NCBI GenBank assembly: GCA_950097015.1
Contig: CATNEN010000026.1
Coordinates: 372,001 to 436,000 of the forward strand
Reading direction: 5' to 3'
Length of the DNA stretch: 64,000 nt
From: Macrostomum hystrix
Taxonomy: Eukaryota; Animalia; Platyhelminthes
The notes beneath the pieces were generated by a model. The model searched no databases, was not told the DNA's origin, and saw nothing but the letters and a program-made list of their open reading frames with translations. Below, piece after piece: positions 12,775-26,300 of this stretch; within the stretch, counting starts at the first letter, position 1; every line of letters begins with the position of its first letter. The translations under genes and the position numbers were made by a program.

Positions 12775-14345
12775 TTGGCTGAGCTTAACCAGCATAACTG
12801 AGTACCGATAACTGACTCATTTGTTTCGGTCTTTTTACGGATCTAATTATTACAGAAACAATCGCGAAAATTATCTACTTTATGGTAATGCACGAGTGCA
12901 TCTATATTCATCGAATTTTTTTACTATTTTATTGTTTTGTAAAGCTATCCTCTCACAATGAACAGCTGCGGTGTAACTTTACCTGTTTGATCTCTAGGCA
13001 ACAGATGTTTTATTAGCTTCGCATGACCAGCCAGATCAGAATAGTTTTTGGTTTTTGTTTTTCTATTTTCTATTTTTACTAACCGTGTTGATTTTTTATT
13101 CTAGTATAAATCTTGCATGCTAACACCTATCCGACCCAGTTTGCTACTATGTAATTGTGTGTGATGAAGGTGCTAAAGGCAAATCATTAAGCAATGGCAT
13201 GATCGTTAACCCTTTAAAAACGTATGGTATTGTATTTTAAAATCTCATTGCTGACTTGGAAACTAAATATAAACGGTTTACATTTTTCCGGAGTTTTTGC
13301 TATAAAGTTTAGAAGTCATTATTAAACTTTTAAAGACAAACTCAACAATTATTGCATATATTGCTCAACAGATGGTGTCATCATGATGGCTTGTATTGTA
13401 TTGTATACCATTTAAGTATGACGGAGCGCAATTCAAGCATGGTCAGTAGATGCGCGGCATTGCGTATGTAATCATTAGAAATATTCATTTTAGCAATAGT
13501 GGCAATTGTGAGTTAAAACCCGCATTTATTCAGCTTTCTAACGATCAAAACAAAAAACACAATGCCTTCTCAAGAAATATGGCTAACGAACTGTAACAGC
13601 AAGCTTGTCATATGAAAAAGGGACAATTGCATCGACAAAACAATAAATAATGATTAATGACAACGCACTAGAACACTATGTAAAACTACACTGCCATGAA
13701 CCAGTATTTTAGGCTAAGTCTATTTTAATAGGAGACCTAGTGAACAACTTGGAGCAAGGACTTATATCAGCAAAGAGTAAATTACACATGGTTTTTAGTC
13801 TGTACAAGCGCATGCGATTGAGAATCATTTTTACAATCTTCTCGGTGAGACCCGGGATTTGATGGCTTTGCTCGGCTGGGATGTATGCAGCTTAGTCAGT
13901 CAGGGGTAAGCATGAAAACATCACGTGATGCGCTTGAAATAGATAAACAAAACAGGGAAAGAAAATGCATCTCGAAAAGAGTTTAATAAAAATATTAAAA
14001 CGTTTTAAATAAAGTTGTATATTTTTATTAACCTTTTTAAGAATTATAACAAAACACTTCAAGATTGTAAAAATCATTTAAATCAAGAAAGTCAATTAAA
14101 TAAAATATTCAGAAAGAATGGAAATATAAGATAAACAGAATTCAAACTAAAATGACAGTAACGAAACCAAAATGTAAAAATATATTTAGATAATATTTAA
14201 TGAAAGTAGGATAAGGAATCTGTCAGCAACGACTGCCAATACAAGATGACCAAGAAGCGAAAGGCCAGGGGTCAAAGCTTACAATAAAAAACTCTGAGAA
14301 CACTAAAACTTTGAAATTAAAATTACATTCCGCTGACACCAGCTT

Positions 14346-16149
14346 TTAGCCAACTTGCACGGGAAGCTCGGCCACTTCAGCAGCCGCTGGCGCTGCCGCG
14401 AGATCTGGTCCGAGAATGACGTCATCATACTCGTTTCCATTGTCATCGTTAGGTTCGCCATCTTCCAGATTTGCATCGTCCACCTCCCAGATGGGACTGA
14501 CTACCTCCTCGGGTAGGCGAAGAGACCTGGGCGTGTCTAGGGTAGTGCTGGACATGGCGGCCATATAGTCCATGAATAACCTCTCAGCAGACTCTGCCCT
14601 GGGTAATAAACGATAGTTCTGCTGCTGCTGCTGTTGCTGCAGATGGCCAAGAGGCCCGAGTGATACTTGGGGCGCCGGCGTGCAACCGGTTGGCTTACTG
14701 CACATGAGCAGCGGCCTCTGAAAGCCATGGCACTGTTGCTGCTCAGAGATGGCCAGTATATGCGCGAAGCCAACTTCCTGTTCCAGGTAGGCGCGAAATT
14801 GTTCCGGTCTCAGCGAGATATTGCAGGCGTAGTTTCTGCGATGCTCGGGGCAGAGCAGCTGCCGCCTATAGGTCTGGTAGGGCTGCGGCTCCATTATGAA
14901 TTTGCCGTCGGGCCTCAGTTCACGAAATGCCCGTCGAAAGAACAGCTTGAGGCCGCGATCGCCCCAGTTCAGGTGAATCCACTTAGTGATGCTGAAGGCC
15001 TGAATGATGTCGTATTTATTTTCCTCAACACTGGCCAGTTGGGCTTCATTTTCCAGCACATAGTTACCTGTGACAAAGGTCACATTGTGCGGAAACGCGG
15101 CTCGAGCGGGCGAGGTGGGCGGAATGGCGGAAGCGGCGGACTGGAAGCCTTCGCTGGCTAGCTGGCGTCTGAGCCGGGCTTCATCGTCAGCTTCAGCCCG
15201 TTTGCGCCGCAGATTGGCTTGGGCGGCGCTAACCAAATGTCCGTCGATATCGACGCCAGTAAGAGATCGGACACGAAGAGTTTCGGCTATTTTCAAAGAG
15301 AATATGCCATCGTTGCAACCGATGTCCAGCACCTAGGATTTAAATTTCAATATCTTATATTTGCGCATGAAATTTAAATAATTCTACTATAAGTAGGCTA
15401 CTCTGTTTTTTACCAGAATTTCGGTTTATTCAGAACTAATATAAAACAATCACCTCTTTGTCAGTGTACCAGTCGGGCTGCAGAAGCTGAAGCCGATCGT
15501 CCTGCATTCGATCCATGTTGAAGCCGACCCGGCGCGATGCCCTATAGTTTCCATAGATAGGAACGAATCGATGTGGAGGTCGCTTAAAACTAAGCGAACG
15601 CTGCCGAGCGAACTGACTGGCTGCGGAAGCAACCAACGTGGCGGATGCCTCAGCGGAGCTCCGGCGCTGTCTCCAGGATTGCGCCGCCGCCGCCGCAACG
15701 TTCGGTGCAATCGAGGACGCCACCATCACTACTTCAGCAGCCACCGCTTCAACAGCTGCTGCGGCCGAAGAGGTAGCCGCAGTTACCGCAGCTGTTGCGG
15801 GTGCAGCAGAAGTTTCAGCTTCCACCGCAGCTGACACAGCTGTGGCAGCAGATGCTAGAACCGGGGAATTCAACGCGCTGTCGCCAGGCATTGGTGACTC
15901 GCCAGCCTGCTCGCGGCGCAAGCTCTCTTGTGCCACCCAGCGCAGGTTGAGAGGATCTGAGCTGTAGGAATTTGCACGCCTCTGGCGGAGAATGCGAGGA
16001 CCCGAAAGCTGCTGCGGTTGCTGATGGTGCTGTTTTGACACACGGCCAGGCCAGCTTGTTTGCCTTAGCCCACCAGTCCATGGGCGTTGGTCAAACTTGC
16101 CACCACGTCTACTGTTGGAATAGGCTCCCTTGGTGCTGTAGTTTTCCAT
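14346..16149 (-). CDS. MEPCE: 7SK/U6 methylphosphate capping enzyme (MePCE/Bin3), 2 coding exons, about 560 aa
   Basis: Exons 16149-15454 and 15332-14346 (GT-AG, phase 0). YGNY..DDRLQLLQPDWYTDKEVLDIGCNDG, VDIDGHLV, SITKWIHLNWGDRGLKLFFRRAF, EPQPYQTY, GFQRPL. Confidence 0.92.
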
Positions 16150-19100
16150 ACCTGATAGAAAATTGAATTTGTTTTCAATTCAAAATTTATATTGACGTCT
16201 CACTAGCTACTAAAAGTAGCTACTCAAAGAAACGAAACTACAATTCACAATCCATACTTCAAAATTCACATTGTATATATTTATACCATATATACTATTG
16301 GTTACTTACTCTAGTCTAACATGTTTACTAATTTTAATCATCGATATACTTTATGGCTATCTGGTTATTAAAGTTAATATTAAGTTATTTAGACATTATA
16401 AAATAATATATTCTGACGTAGCAGCAAAATGTTAAGATTTAAAAAATATTGACACTAATATTAATAACAGTTAAAGTTAGTTTTTTGTTTTCAGAACGAG
16501 TATTAATATTATACTACAGTAACACTACTTAAAAATGATTACTAAAAACAATAAAAATAATCTAGTGCAAAAAATGCTTTGGTCAATTATACCTTGGAAA
16601 CACAATATATTTACTGATAAATACCCTATATCAAACTAAGTCATTTAGTAAACTAAATTAATTAGATTATTATTAGATAATCTCATAACCACACAGTACA
16701 CAAAATTCCAATATATGTAATCACACTTACATCAGGAGGCTATAGTATTGAGAATGCAAAGCAAGCACCGAAAATTTTATTTTTATTGTTATTGTTTATA
16801 CTATAACTTTTTACTCAATTTAAAGTCAATAAACTTAATAAATTGAAAAGAATAACACCCTTCGTATATAACATGCTTTGCATTTAAATATAAGACCGAA
16901 TATAGCTTATGCATGGTTTCTTAGAAAATACGGTACTTAAACTGCCGCCATTTAAAATGATATTCTTGCACTATATTCTCCTAATGATTGAAGTTATTAG
17001 CAACTTGAAATAAAATGATAGGATTTACAAAAATGTAAAATATAGTTAAAATATACAAACAATAAAAAAGCTAATTGACTTACCTCACATGATGGTGCCA
17101 AGAATGAGTCAGAGTTTCAAAATTCTCGAATAAGCTGATGCAAAGTTTACGTGCAGATAATTCAGTTGTACAAGTTGCTGAAATTTGTATATATAGTTTT
17201 TCGCGATACGCTTCAGAACTACTTTGTGGAAATATTAAGAACCTATTTGCGTTTTTTGTCAGTCATTTTTATTCACATTAGTAAATTAATAAATCATTGT
17301 AATATTTTAGCTTTTAAAATAGCTTTAAAATATTTTTTACAAATTATTTTTGTTTAAGTGGATCAAACATTCAAATCGCAAATTTTGTCAGCTGATTTCT
17401 TGCCACTCCGTTAAGAGCAAACAAAAGGCCTTCAATACGATGACTCAATCATCCAAATTAGTTTTTTATCTCTTATTATTTGAAAAAACCACTACGCTCG
17501 TAGCCCAGTTGCGTGTAGCCCAGGCGCACCGCACCCTTCTGATGTGCTCAGTGTTTGATAAACAAGATGCACTAAATATTTAATTCGTCTTGTTCGGTTA
17601 TTTTGCTTGAGGGTCCAGAATTTTTCTCCCTAAAATTTATAAAAAACACAATGTAAAAAAATTGCAGAATAATTCGAATGGGAGTCAGCAGGTTAATTTT
17701 TTCTTGAAAATACTCTTTCTTTTTATCTTGCTGAAGCCAGTTATCCTTCGAGCCAAATGATCCTATATCATTTCATTATCTTTAGGCACCATCCTGAGTC
17801 CATTTTCCTGAGTTTTACTACAAGCGGCTAACGCATTTGATTTTTTGAGTCGCTAATCGGGGCGTAGGAGATTATGCTTTATGCTGCAGTTTAATTTTGC
17901 GTTTGTTGGTGCTGATTCAAGATAAACCTAACTATTTAGCAAGTGGCATTCGCCATGACAAATTTCACGGGCATGGTGCGAAATTCATTGCAATGCGAAA
18001 GGCGATGCTAAAGCCGCAAAACAAAGGTGCATTTCAGACTCTGGAATGAGGCTGGCATCGGCATGTATCCGTGGATTGCTTCGACCAAACCAGAACGGTC
18101 ATCGATTGTTTGTACGAGCGTATACACAAACACACAGTGCGCTCAGTTTAAGCTAGACAGTAGACACTTCTCTTTTGACTACAACTTCAAGCTTGTCCCA
18201 ATCCCAATATTGCACACGGTGTGTTGTTTGAGTTTGTGGTGTGTGCTTGGCACAGGAGTTGAGAGCGCATGGTAAGCATGAGAGTTAGTAAGAGAAAAAT
18301 ATTTTCCGATCTTTTGTAAGATGAAAATCCCCTATTTCATATTGCAGCATTGCTAGCTGTCTGTGTGGGTGTGGGCTGGGATAAACAGCCTGTGCTGTGC
18401 GTTGTGCTGTTCTTGTAGTTAGTGTGTAGCCAAAAAGGCCGTGGCTTAGGTTGCGCCTTTAGCTCGCTAAGGAGGGCAAGAATAGAACGAGAAACCGAGA
18501 GAACGAGAAAGAAGGGTTTAGAGTGGCAATGCAATGTGCGGCCAAAAAGATTTTGGTCTGGGCCGTGCGCGGGCTGCGCCTCACGTGACGCAGCCCGTTT
18601 GTTTAGTAGCTTCCTCCCTCCCCCCAAACCCAAGCTCTCCCCCTTCAATTGCACCCCAGAACCTTTAAGTTTCAAAAAAGCTTGACAGGCTATAAGGGAG
18701 AGAGAGATTTGGGTTTGACCGTGAAGGTCGGATCTGAATGTACATCTAGCTGCATGTACGGGTTTGAGGGGAGACTGGAGAGAGATGGACACAGTAGTAA
18801 GCCTGGAATGCGTTTTTGTGCGCAATAGTTAGTCAATCTTCTTACTGAACACTAGACAGATATGAACACTATTAGATAGGGACTAGACAGACACGCTTTA
18901 TCACAAACCTTTTCACATTGGTTTATTTTTATTATTCAACAATTAAACAAATTCATTTTGAATTTGTATTACGCACGCAGTTCCTATACTAACCTGCCAT
19001 TTATTGCACAGTATCACTGTATTTAATTTAAAAGCATATACAATATTACTGAAGTAGCCAGCGCAAGGCAAGCTGCCAGGCTTTCATCTAAGTCAGTTGG

Positions 19101-19898
19101 TTATGGAAAGGTGAAAATAGGGACGGGACGACTATGGAATAGGGAATGGGAATATGACATGGAGGGAACGTGGCCGTGGCCCATAGGGAGACGAGAGGCA
19201 TGAGGGATTGGGGGACTGAGGTTCAAGTAGCATAGCTGAGAAAAAGTGCATTTATTTCCAGCTGACGATTCAGTGCACTTTAAGCAAAGTTTGCAGTGGG
19301 CCGCAGCCGGCAGTACCATTCAGTTCAGTACGTGCACAGTTTTCACTCAGTTTTTTTTACTCTAAGTACGCATGAACACAATACGTAATGCAATGTGTGC
19401 GAGCTTTCATAGCAGTCCGTGTGCGTCTGTTCTGGTTCTCGCCTTTGCGCTTATCGCTTTCTTAAACTATTGTTTGCCCGTTGCAGCAATACCTCAAATG
19501 GAGAGAAGCATTCAGAGGAAGAACGGGCAACGGCAAGAGAGTTTGCATTTACATAATGTGCAATGTGCAGTGTGTGTACTGGGTACTGTGGGTAGCCAGT
19601 GTGCCGTGGTGGGTGTGTGGGTGGGGCGTGGACTTGGGCAAGGGTCGTAACGTAAGGATTCGTGAATTTATGAATTGAGTGTTACTTTGCGATATAGTAT
19701 AGACAATTTTTTATAAATAATGATTCATGTCAAATCACAGCAATGATGAAGTATTTCCCGGCCCGCCCGCAGTGCATATCTATGGAATTCGACCATAGAC
19801 AACAGCAGAGGGTGGGCTGCCGTTAGTTTCAACCTCGTATAAAATCCGACTGCTTATTTTATTGACAGTTATTGGGCTAATTCTTTGCCAGGAACGCC

Positions 19899-20019
19899 TA
19901 GTCTATGGTTTAAAGTGCTATAATTCCAGGACCATCAAATCATTTGATGGGCTCCAAAATGAAGACAATGAAATGATTTGATGGTCCCGAAATGAAAGCA
20001 GTTTGAACCATAGACTAAA
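19899..20019. repeat. Short nested palindromic element (outer 12-bp and inner 17-bp inverted repeats)
   Basis: tagtctatggtt..aaccatagacta encloses ggaccatcaaatcattt (19929-19945) / aaatgatttgatggtcc (19971-19987). Confidence 0.65.
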
Positions 20020-21689
20020 CAGAACTAAACAGTGTATTTAAATGCTACAAAAATAATAGGAATTATATACTGTGTAACGAAGCAACAAAAAGACAATTTT
20101 CTAGCAAAACTATAGACAATTGGACACATGTTTAGTTTCTTTCAATAATAGGCAGTGCATTAAACGTTTCACAAACTCACTTAAACTGAATTTCGATCAA
20201 TGATGATAGACTTGACACCATGGTCAGTAATAGACAGTATTGTCGCTATCAAATTCTTCTTCCATCGCGGTGTGGTTTAAGAAAAAGCTACAAAAGAAAG
20301 CAATTCGGATTTCGTCTAGCTATTACAGTCTTAAATTTATGGAAAATTTGTCTATGGTTCCAATGTGGGGGCTTTGCCCCGACACTCCCGATGGCTGCAC
20401 CGCATTCGGCGCGGTTCAAGAGGAAAATAAGCAAAACAAAACAAAAATAAGCAATTCGGATTTCATATAAGATCACGGTAGTTTAATGTGCATTCTATGT
20501 GCATTCTTTAATGAGCATCGCTCGCCTCGTGACCATCAAATGCAGCCTCGGACTTTCTAACCCTATAGAATGCGCATTAAACAGCCATGATCTAATAGTT
20601 CAACACGCGTAGGCTAACTACAACAATAGTTTCGCGTGATGGTGCTTTAGCTGTCCTTTAAGATTACATGATATTCCTTCCTTTCAGCGCTTTCCGATTA
20701 CACTGAATGACCTGATAGAAACTTTAGGAAATGAAAACGGAGAGTGTCTATGGCATTCAAAAGCCAATAGAAATGGAATAATTGCTTGCAAAATTATTTA
20801 CTTTTACATCAATCTCGCAGATCACAAGAACAAGTTTGAGACTTGATAGTTCTAATTCAAGTAACTTATAAGTAAGCTCGAATACATTTTCAAATAAGCT
20901 ATTGCGGTTCGCAGAATAATTGAAACACGAAATTCTGCAGCGCGATTTGCAGCGCAACGTGTAACTGGGCGAACGGGGTGCGTACATGGGGCGTACAGCT
21001 CCAATTTTCTCCAGGGCCAAAATACCTGTGGCTTGTCTGCTGCACACACACACATACACACACAAGGCCGCATACCCTTAAATGCTAAGATAGAGAGAAT
21101 AAAGTAGAAAACTATACGAGATTCTATACTTGTGGAAGGCAGCGAGCGTTGCAATCGAGGGCACCAAAGAGAGCTCAGAAACTATTACAAGTGTTTTAAA
21201 TTTTAACAGTGCAGCAGCAGCAGCCAGGGGCCACAAAGCCAGGCATTCAATATGCTAATTGCATTTACAGATTTTTAGCTATTTTAGCTTGCCTGTGCAG
21301 TAGTGTGATATCGGGAAAGATATTCATGAAGGAGGGAGAGAGGACAGTGGACAGGCGAGAGTGGACAAGTAGGGATAAGTATAAGAGCGAGGGAGAAATG
21401 AGGACATATATGATGTACTGTAGGAGGTACGAAGATGCACGGCTTGTATTCAGTCCGTGCTGAAGCATTTTGATTAACTATCTATATTAGTTTGCTCTCA
21501 AAAGACAAAAGCCAGTGCACATTCCTTGTACAGATGAAAGTGTTTATCTACCATAATTGTCTCATATTGACTCATTATACAATTATAAGTTTCATTTTGT
21601 TCAGAAAATTGCAAATCCTAAGATATTGAGTAGTAAATTATCCACATCGATCCATATTCATCATGATTGACCGACAATCCACAGTCCTC

Positions 21690-22470
21690 CATGCCGAGTC
21701 AGCTGTCCTCTTAATTCTCAGCTCAGTTAATCTGGACTCATCCCGAGTGAGCTGTCCTCTCAATTCTCAGCTCAGTTAATCTATCGTAATCATATCTTAA
21801 GTGAGCTGTCCTCTCAGCTCAGTTAATCTGGACTCACATCCCGAGTGAGCTGTCCTCTCAGCTCATTCAATCTGCTGGACTCACATGCGGAGTCAACTGT
21901 CCTCTCAGCTCATTTAATTTGTACTCATTCCAAGTTAGCCGAACCCCACAACCAGAGTGAGCTGTCCTCTCAATTCTCAGCTCAGTTAATCTATCGTAAT
22001 CATATCTTAAGTGAGCTGTCCTCTCAGCTCAGTTAATCTGTACTCACATCCCGAGTGAGCTGTCCTCTCAATTCTCAGCTCAGTTAATCTATCGTAATCA
22101 TATCTTAAGTGAGCTGTCCTCTCAGCTCAGTTAATCTGTACTCACATCCCGAGTGAGCTGTCCTCTCAATTCTCAGCTCAGTTAATCTATCGTAATCATA
22201 TCTTAAGTGAGCTGTCCTCTCAGCTCAGTTAATCTGGACTCACATCCCGAGTGAGCTGTCCTCTCAGCTCATTTAATCTGGACTCACATCCCGAGTGAGC
22301 TGTCCTCTCAGATCTCAGCTCATTTAATCTGGACTCACATGCCGAGTGAGCTGTCCTCTCAGCTCATTCAATCTGCTGGACTCACATGCGGAGTCAACTG
22401 TCCTCTCAGCTCATTTAATTTGTACTCATTCCAAGTTAGCCGCACCCCACAACCAGAGTGAGCTGTCCTG
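21690..22470. repeat. Composite tandem repeat built on gagtgagctgtcctctcagctcagttaatct
   Basis: Recurring core with variant linkers. Confidence 0.9.
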
Positions 22471-23029
22471 TAATTCCATCGCTACGCAGAAGTTGTTTAT
22501 TTCAAATTTGATATAAAGTTGCTCTATATCGAATTGAATAGCGCAGATAAAGTTTGAATCATTTGCAATTTCCCGACTATGAATTGAAAGGCATAGCAAA
22601 GCAAACAGTAATTTTTATTCCATCAGACAAATGAGAAAAAACATAACATAGAAACAATTAGCATAGCAACTGAGACAGTTAAACACAGATACAAGCATAA
22701 GACACGAGACATTAATCAAACATAGACTTATCCTTGCTTTCTAACGGTGTACTGACATTTTGCAATCCGATGCAGTGGCAAGCAAACCAAATCCTTTGTG
22801 AACTGATAATAAGCTTATTGTGCAGATTTGAAGACTTGAATTTAATCATGAAATCAAAAAAAAAATGCAAAATGTCTACAAAAAAACTCAAAAAACTAGA
22901 TTCAAATTTGCAATTAGCATTCAGGAGTAACAGGAAAACATTGCATTAAAATTGTTAGCAGGTAAAATGTACCACGCTTCACGGATAACAACACGAAAAA
23001 TGTCATTCGGCTGTTTTAGTGATTATCTC

Positions 23030-23245
23030 ACTGAGGGGTTTCAATGATTTCTATCCCACTCGAAGGGATTTCAATGATTTCTATCCCACTCGAAGGGATT
23101 TCAATGATTTCTATCCCACTCGAAGGGATTTCAATGATTTCTATCCCACTCGAAGGGATTTCTATGATGTTTATCCCACTCGAAGGGATTTCTATCTCAC
23201 TCGAATGGATTTCAATGATGTTTATCCCACTCGAAGGGGTTTCAA
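23030..23245. repeat. 30-bp minisatellite (gatttcaatgatttctatcccactcgaagg)n
   Basis: Tandem copies downstream of the USP20/33 stop. Confidence 0.9.
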
Positions 23246-23300
23246 TGTCAAGATCGAATCAAATATTGTACTGCAGATGTATAGGCGGGGATCGCAAGCT

Positions 23301-26300
23301 TCAGTCTCTGTCCGCATCATCCAGCCTGGCAGATGATGATTTTCTTGCTGGGACGCCTCCGCCGCCATTGGGAGCGGGATTGCCTGCCGGAGTTTCTGTG
23401 TCGCTTCCGCTATCGCTGTGGCTCCCGTCAACGCTCCCGTCGCCCCGACTAACGCTGCTGCTGCTGCTGCTGCTGCTGGTCCTACTGCGCCGCTGATGAT
23501 GATAGGAATCAACAATCTTTACTTCAGGCCCGCCGCCGTATATTGACAGCAGATAGCGCCACATGCGGTCGGACACCTGGGATGTGGGATGCGGGATTTC
23601 GAAACTAAGGAGAATGTCGAACCCATATATAAGCTGAAAAAGTTATAATGCTTCCGTAGAGAAGATTGAACGAAGTTATAGAGACAAAAAAAGACCAGTC
23701 AACAATCTAGAGATGGCCGATTGACAATCTAGAGATGGCCGATTGACAATCTAGAGATGGCCGATTGACAATCTAGAGATGGCCGATTACAATCTAGAGA
23801 TGGCTAATTGACAATCTAGAGATGCTAATTGACATGCTAGAGATGGCCGATTGACAATCTAGAGATGGCCGATTGACAATCTAGAGATGGCCGATTGACA
23901 ATCTAGAGATGGCCGATTGACAAGCTAGAGATCGCCGATTGACAATCTAGAGATGGCCGATTGACAATCTAGAGATGGCCGATTGACAAGCTAGAGATGG
24001 TCGATTGACAATCTAGAGATGGCCGATTGACGATCTAGAGATGCTAATTGACATGCTAGAGATGGCTAATTGATAATCTATAGAAGTCTAATTGATAATC
24101 TAGAGATGGCTAATTGACAATCGAAATATTTCCAGTCGAATCGACAGACTGGAAAAGGCCGATCATCAGAGAGCAGAGGATCAAACACCGGCCTTGCACG
24201 ATGCTCACCTGAGCATAGTCGCTGCCCGCCCTGAGCAGCACCCTGGCGCCGCGGCGCAGCGCGATGCTGCTGTTATCGATGGGACCAGGCGGCTCCAGTT
24301 GTCGCTCGGTGGCGAAGCTCTCCCACCTGCGGAACCAGCGCATGCTGATGCCGTAGCGGGCGCCAGGTCCGGCCGACCGTTGAAAGTGCTGCAGCTCCCT
24401 CGTCAGGGTGGCCAGCTCCTGTTTCGCCCGGTCGCGAGTTCGTTCTAGTTCGCCGGCGCACTCGATGCAGGTGGCCAACCTGTTGACAGTCGGCCCACCG
24501 CCGAATTCGGTCATGAGCAGATCCCAGGCGCGGTAGGGCACGCGCATGACAACATCTTCCGGATTGTCGGCCACGTGCGGAGACAGAAGCTGGTGCGGGC
24601 AGAGAAAATCCACATTGCTAATTGGTCCGGGATCGCCGAAGGTGTTAAATTTGTTAAGCCAGGGCCGGGAGATGTAGAACGGCATGAGGCTGGATGAGTC
24701 CTGCGGGCCGATGGGCGTTTGAGTTAGCATCAATCTGGACTCCATGGATCTCACTCTAATCTGATCTTCTAATCTTTGAGAGCCATTTCTAATATTTGAG
24801 AGCTGTTTCTACTCTTTGAGAGCTGTTTCTACTCTTTGAGAGCTGTTTCTATATTTGAGAGCTGTTTATACTCTATGAGAGCCATTTCTTCTCTTTGAGA
24901 GGCATTTCTACTCTATGAGAGCCATTTCTACTCTATGAGAGGCATTTATAATATCATTTCTTTTTACTATCTGAGTGCCATTTCTACAAATCAAGAGCTA
25001 TTTCTACAAATCAAGAGCTATTTCTACAAATCAAGAGCTTTTTCTACAAATCAAGAGCCATTTCTACGTAGGGTGTCCCAGAAATAGCGGGAAAAATCGA
25101 TGTACAGGCAAACTGGTGAAACATAGTTTATTGAAACTCACGTCACTGATAAATAAACATCCAGCAGTTCTAACGCTTTTTAAATTAAGTAAATATGTCA
25201 ATTCATTAAAAAGTTATGGCTAAAATTAGAACAAGGGGTAGGGGGTAGAGTTACACCAAGTCAAGGCCAGCGGAATCGGTCACGCAGCATCGCCATCGCC
25301 GTCGACTGACGACTTTTCGACGAAGTCCCCCCTTAGCTCGCAGCACTTAGTCCATCGCGTGAGAAGCGCATTGATGGCATCTGCATAAGCTCGACGCGGA
25401 ATTTCGTGCAGCAGAACCCGCCTGACTTCACCTTCCAAGTTGTCGCGATGGTCAAAGATGCGCCCCCGCAGGTGCTTCTTTAACTGAGGGAAAATTGCGT
25501 AGTCGCAAGGAGCCAAGTCTGGTGAGTAGGGCGGGTGCGCAAGCAGATCAAAATTGAGTTCGTTGATACGATCAAGCGTTTTCTTGGCCGTGTGAGGTCG
25601 AGCGTTGTCGTGCAACAGGAGGTGAGGCTTCATCGCAGTCCTGCGCTTTTTGCGGATGTCCGATTTCAGCTTAGTCAGCGTCTCCGTGTACCGGTCCGAG
25701 TTAACCGTGCTGTTAGGCTCAAGGAAGTCGATGGTCAGGGGACCTTCTTGATCGAAGAAAAGGGTCAGCATGATCTTCTTGCAGTGCTGGTCTCGCTTCG
25801 CCTTCACAGGTGGATCTGAACCCTTCAACGCCCACACCTTGCTTTCCTGCTTGGTCTCAGGGTCAAAGTGCGGTATCCAGGTTTCATCGCCGGTCACCAG
25901 ATAGGGTCGGAAACTCTCCCATCCACCAGCATCACGCACCAGCTCAAGATTCTCCCTGCAGGACTTCATTCTTACAGTTTTCATTTCTTCTGTCAACAAA
26001 CGGGGCACCCATCTCGCCGTCAGTTTCACCATACCAAGATCCACAGACAAGATCCGATGAATTGAAGTTTTTGGACTTCCCAGTCGATCCGCCAACTCTC
26101 TTGCAGTCAAACGGGGATTTGCCTGTACGATTTCCTTCACCATTTGAATCAGTGCCTTTGTTGATGGAGAGATCGGACGGCCACGGTTGGCTGTGTCATC
26201 GGCAACGTCTGTTCGCCCATGACTGAACTCTTCAAGCCAGCGATAGACAGCACTCTTCGAGATGGCACTCACTCCGTAGATTTCAGTCAGCTGGCTTACA

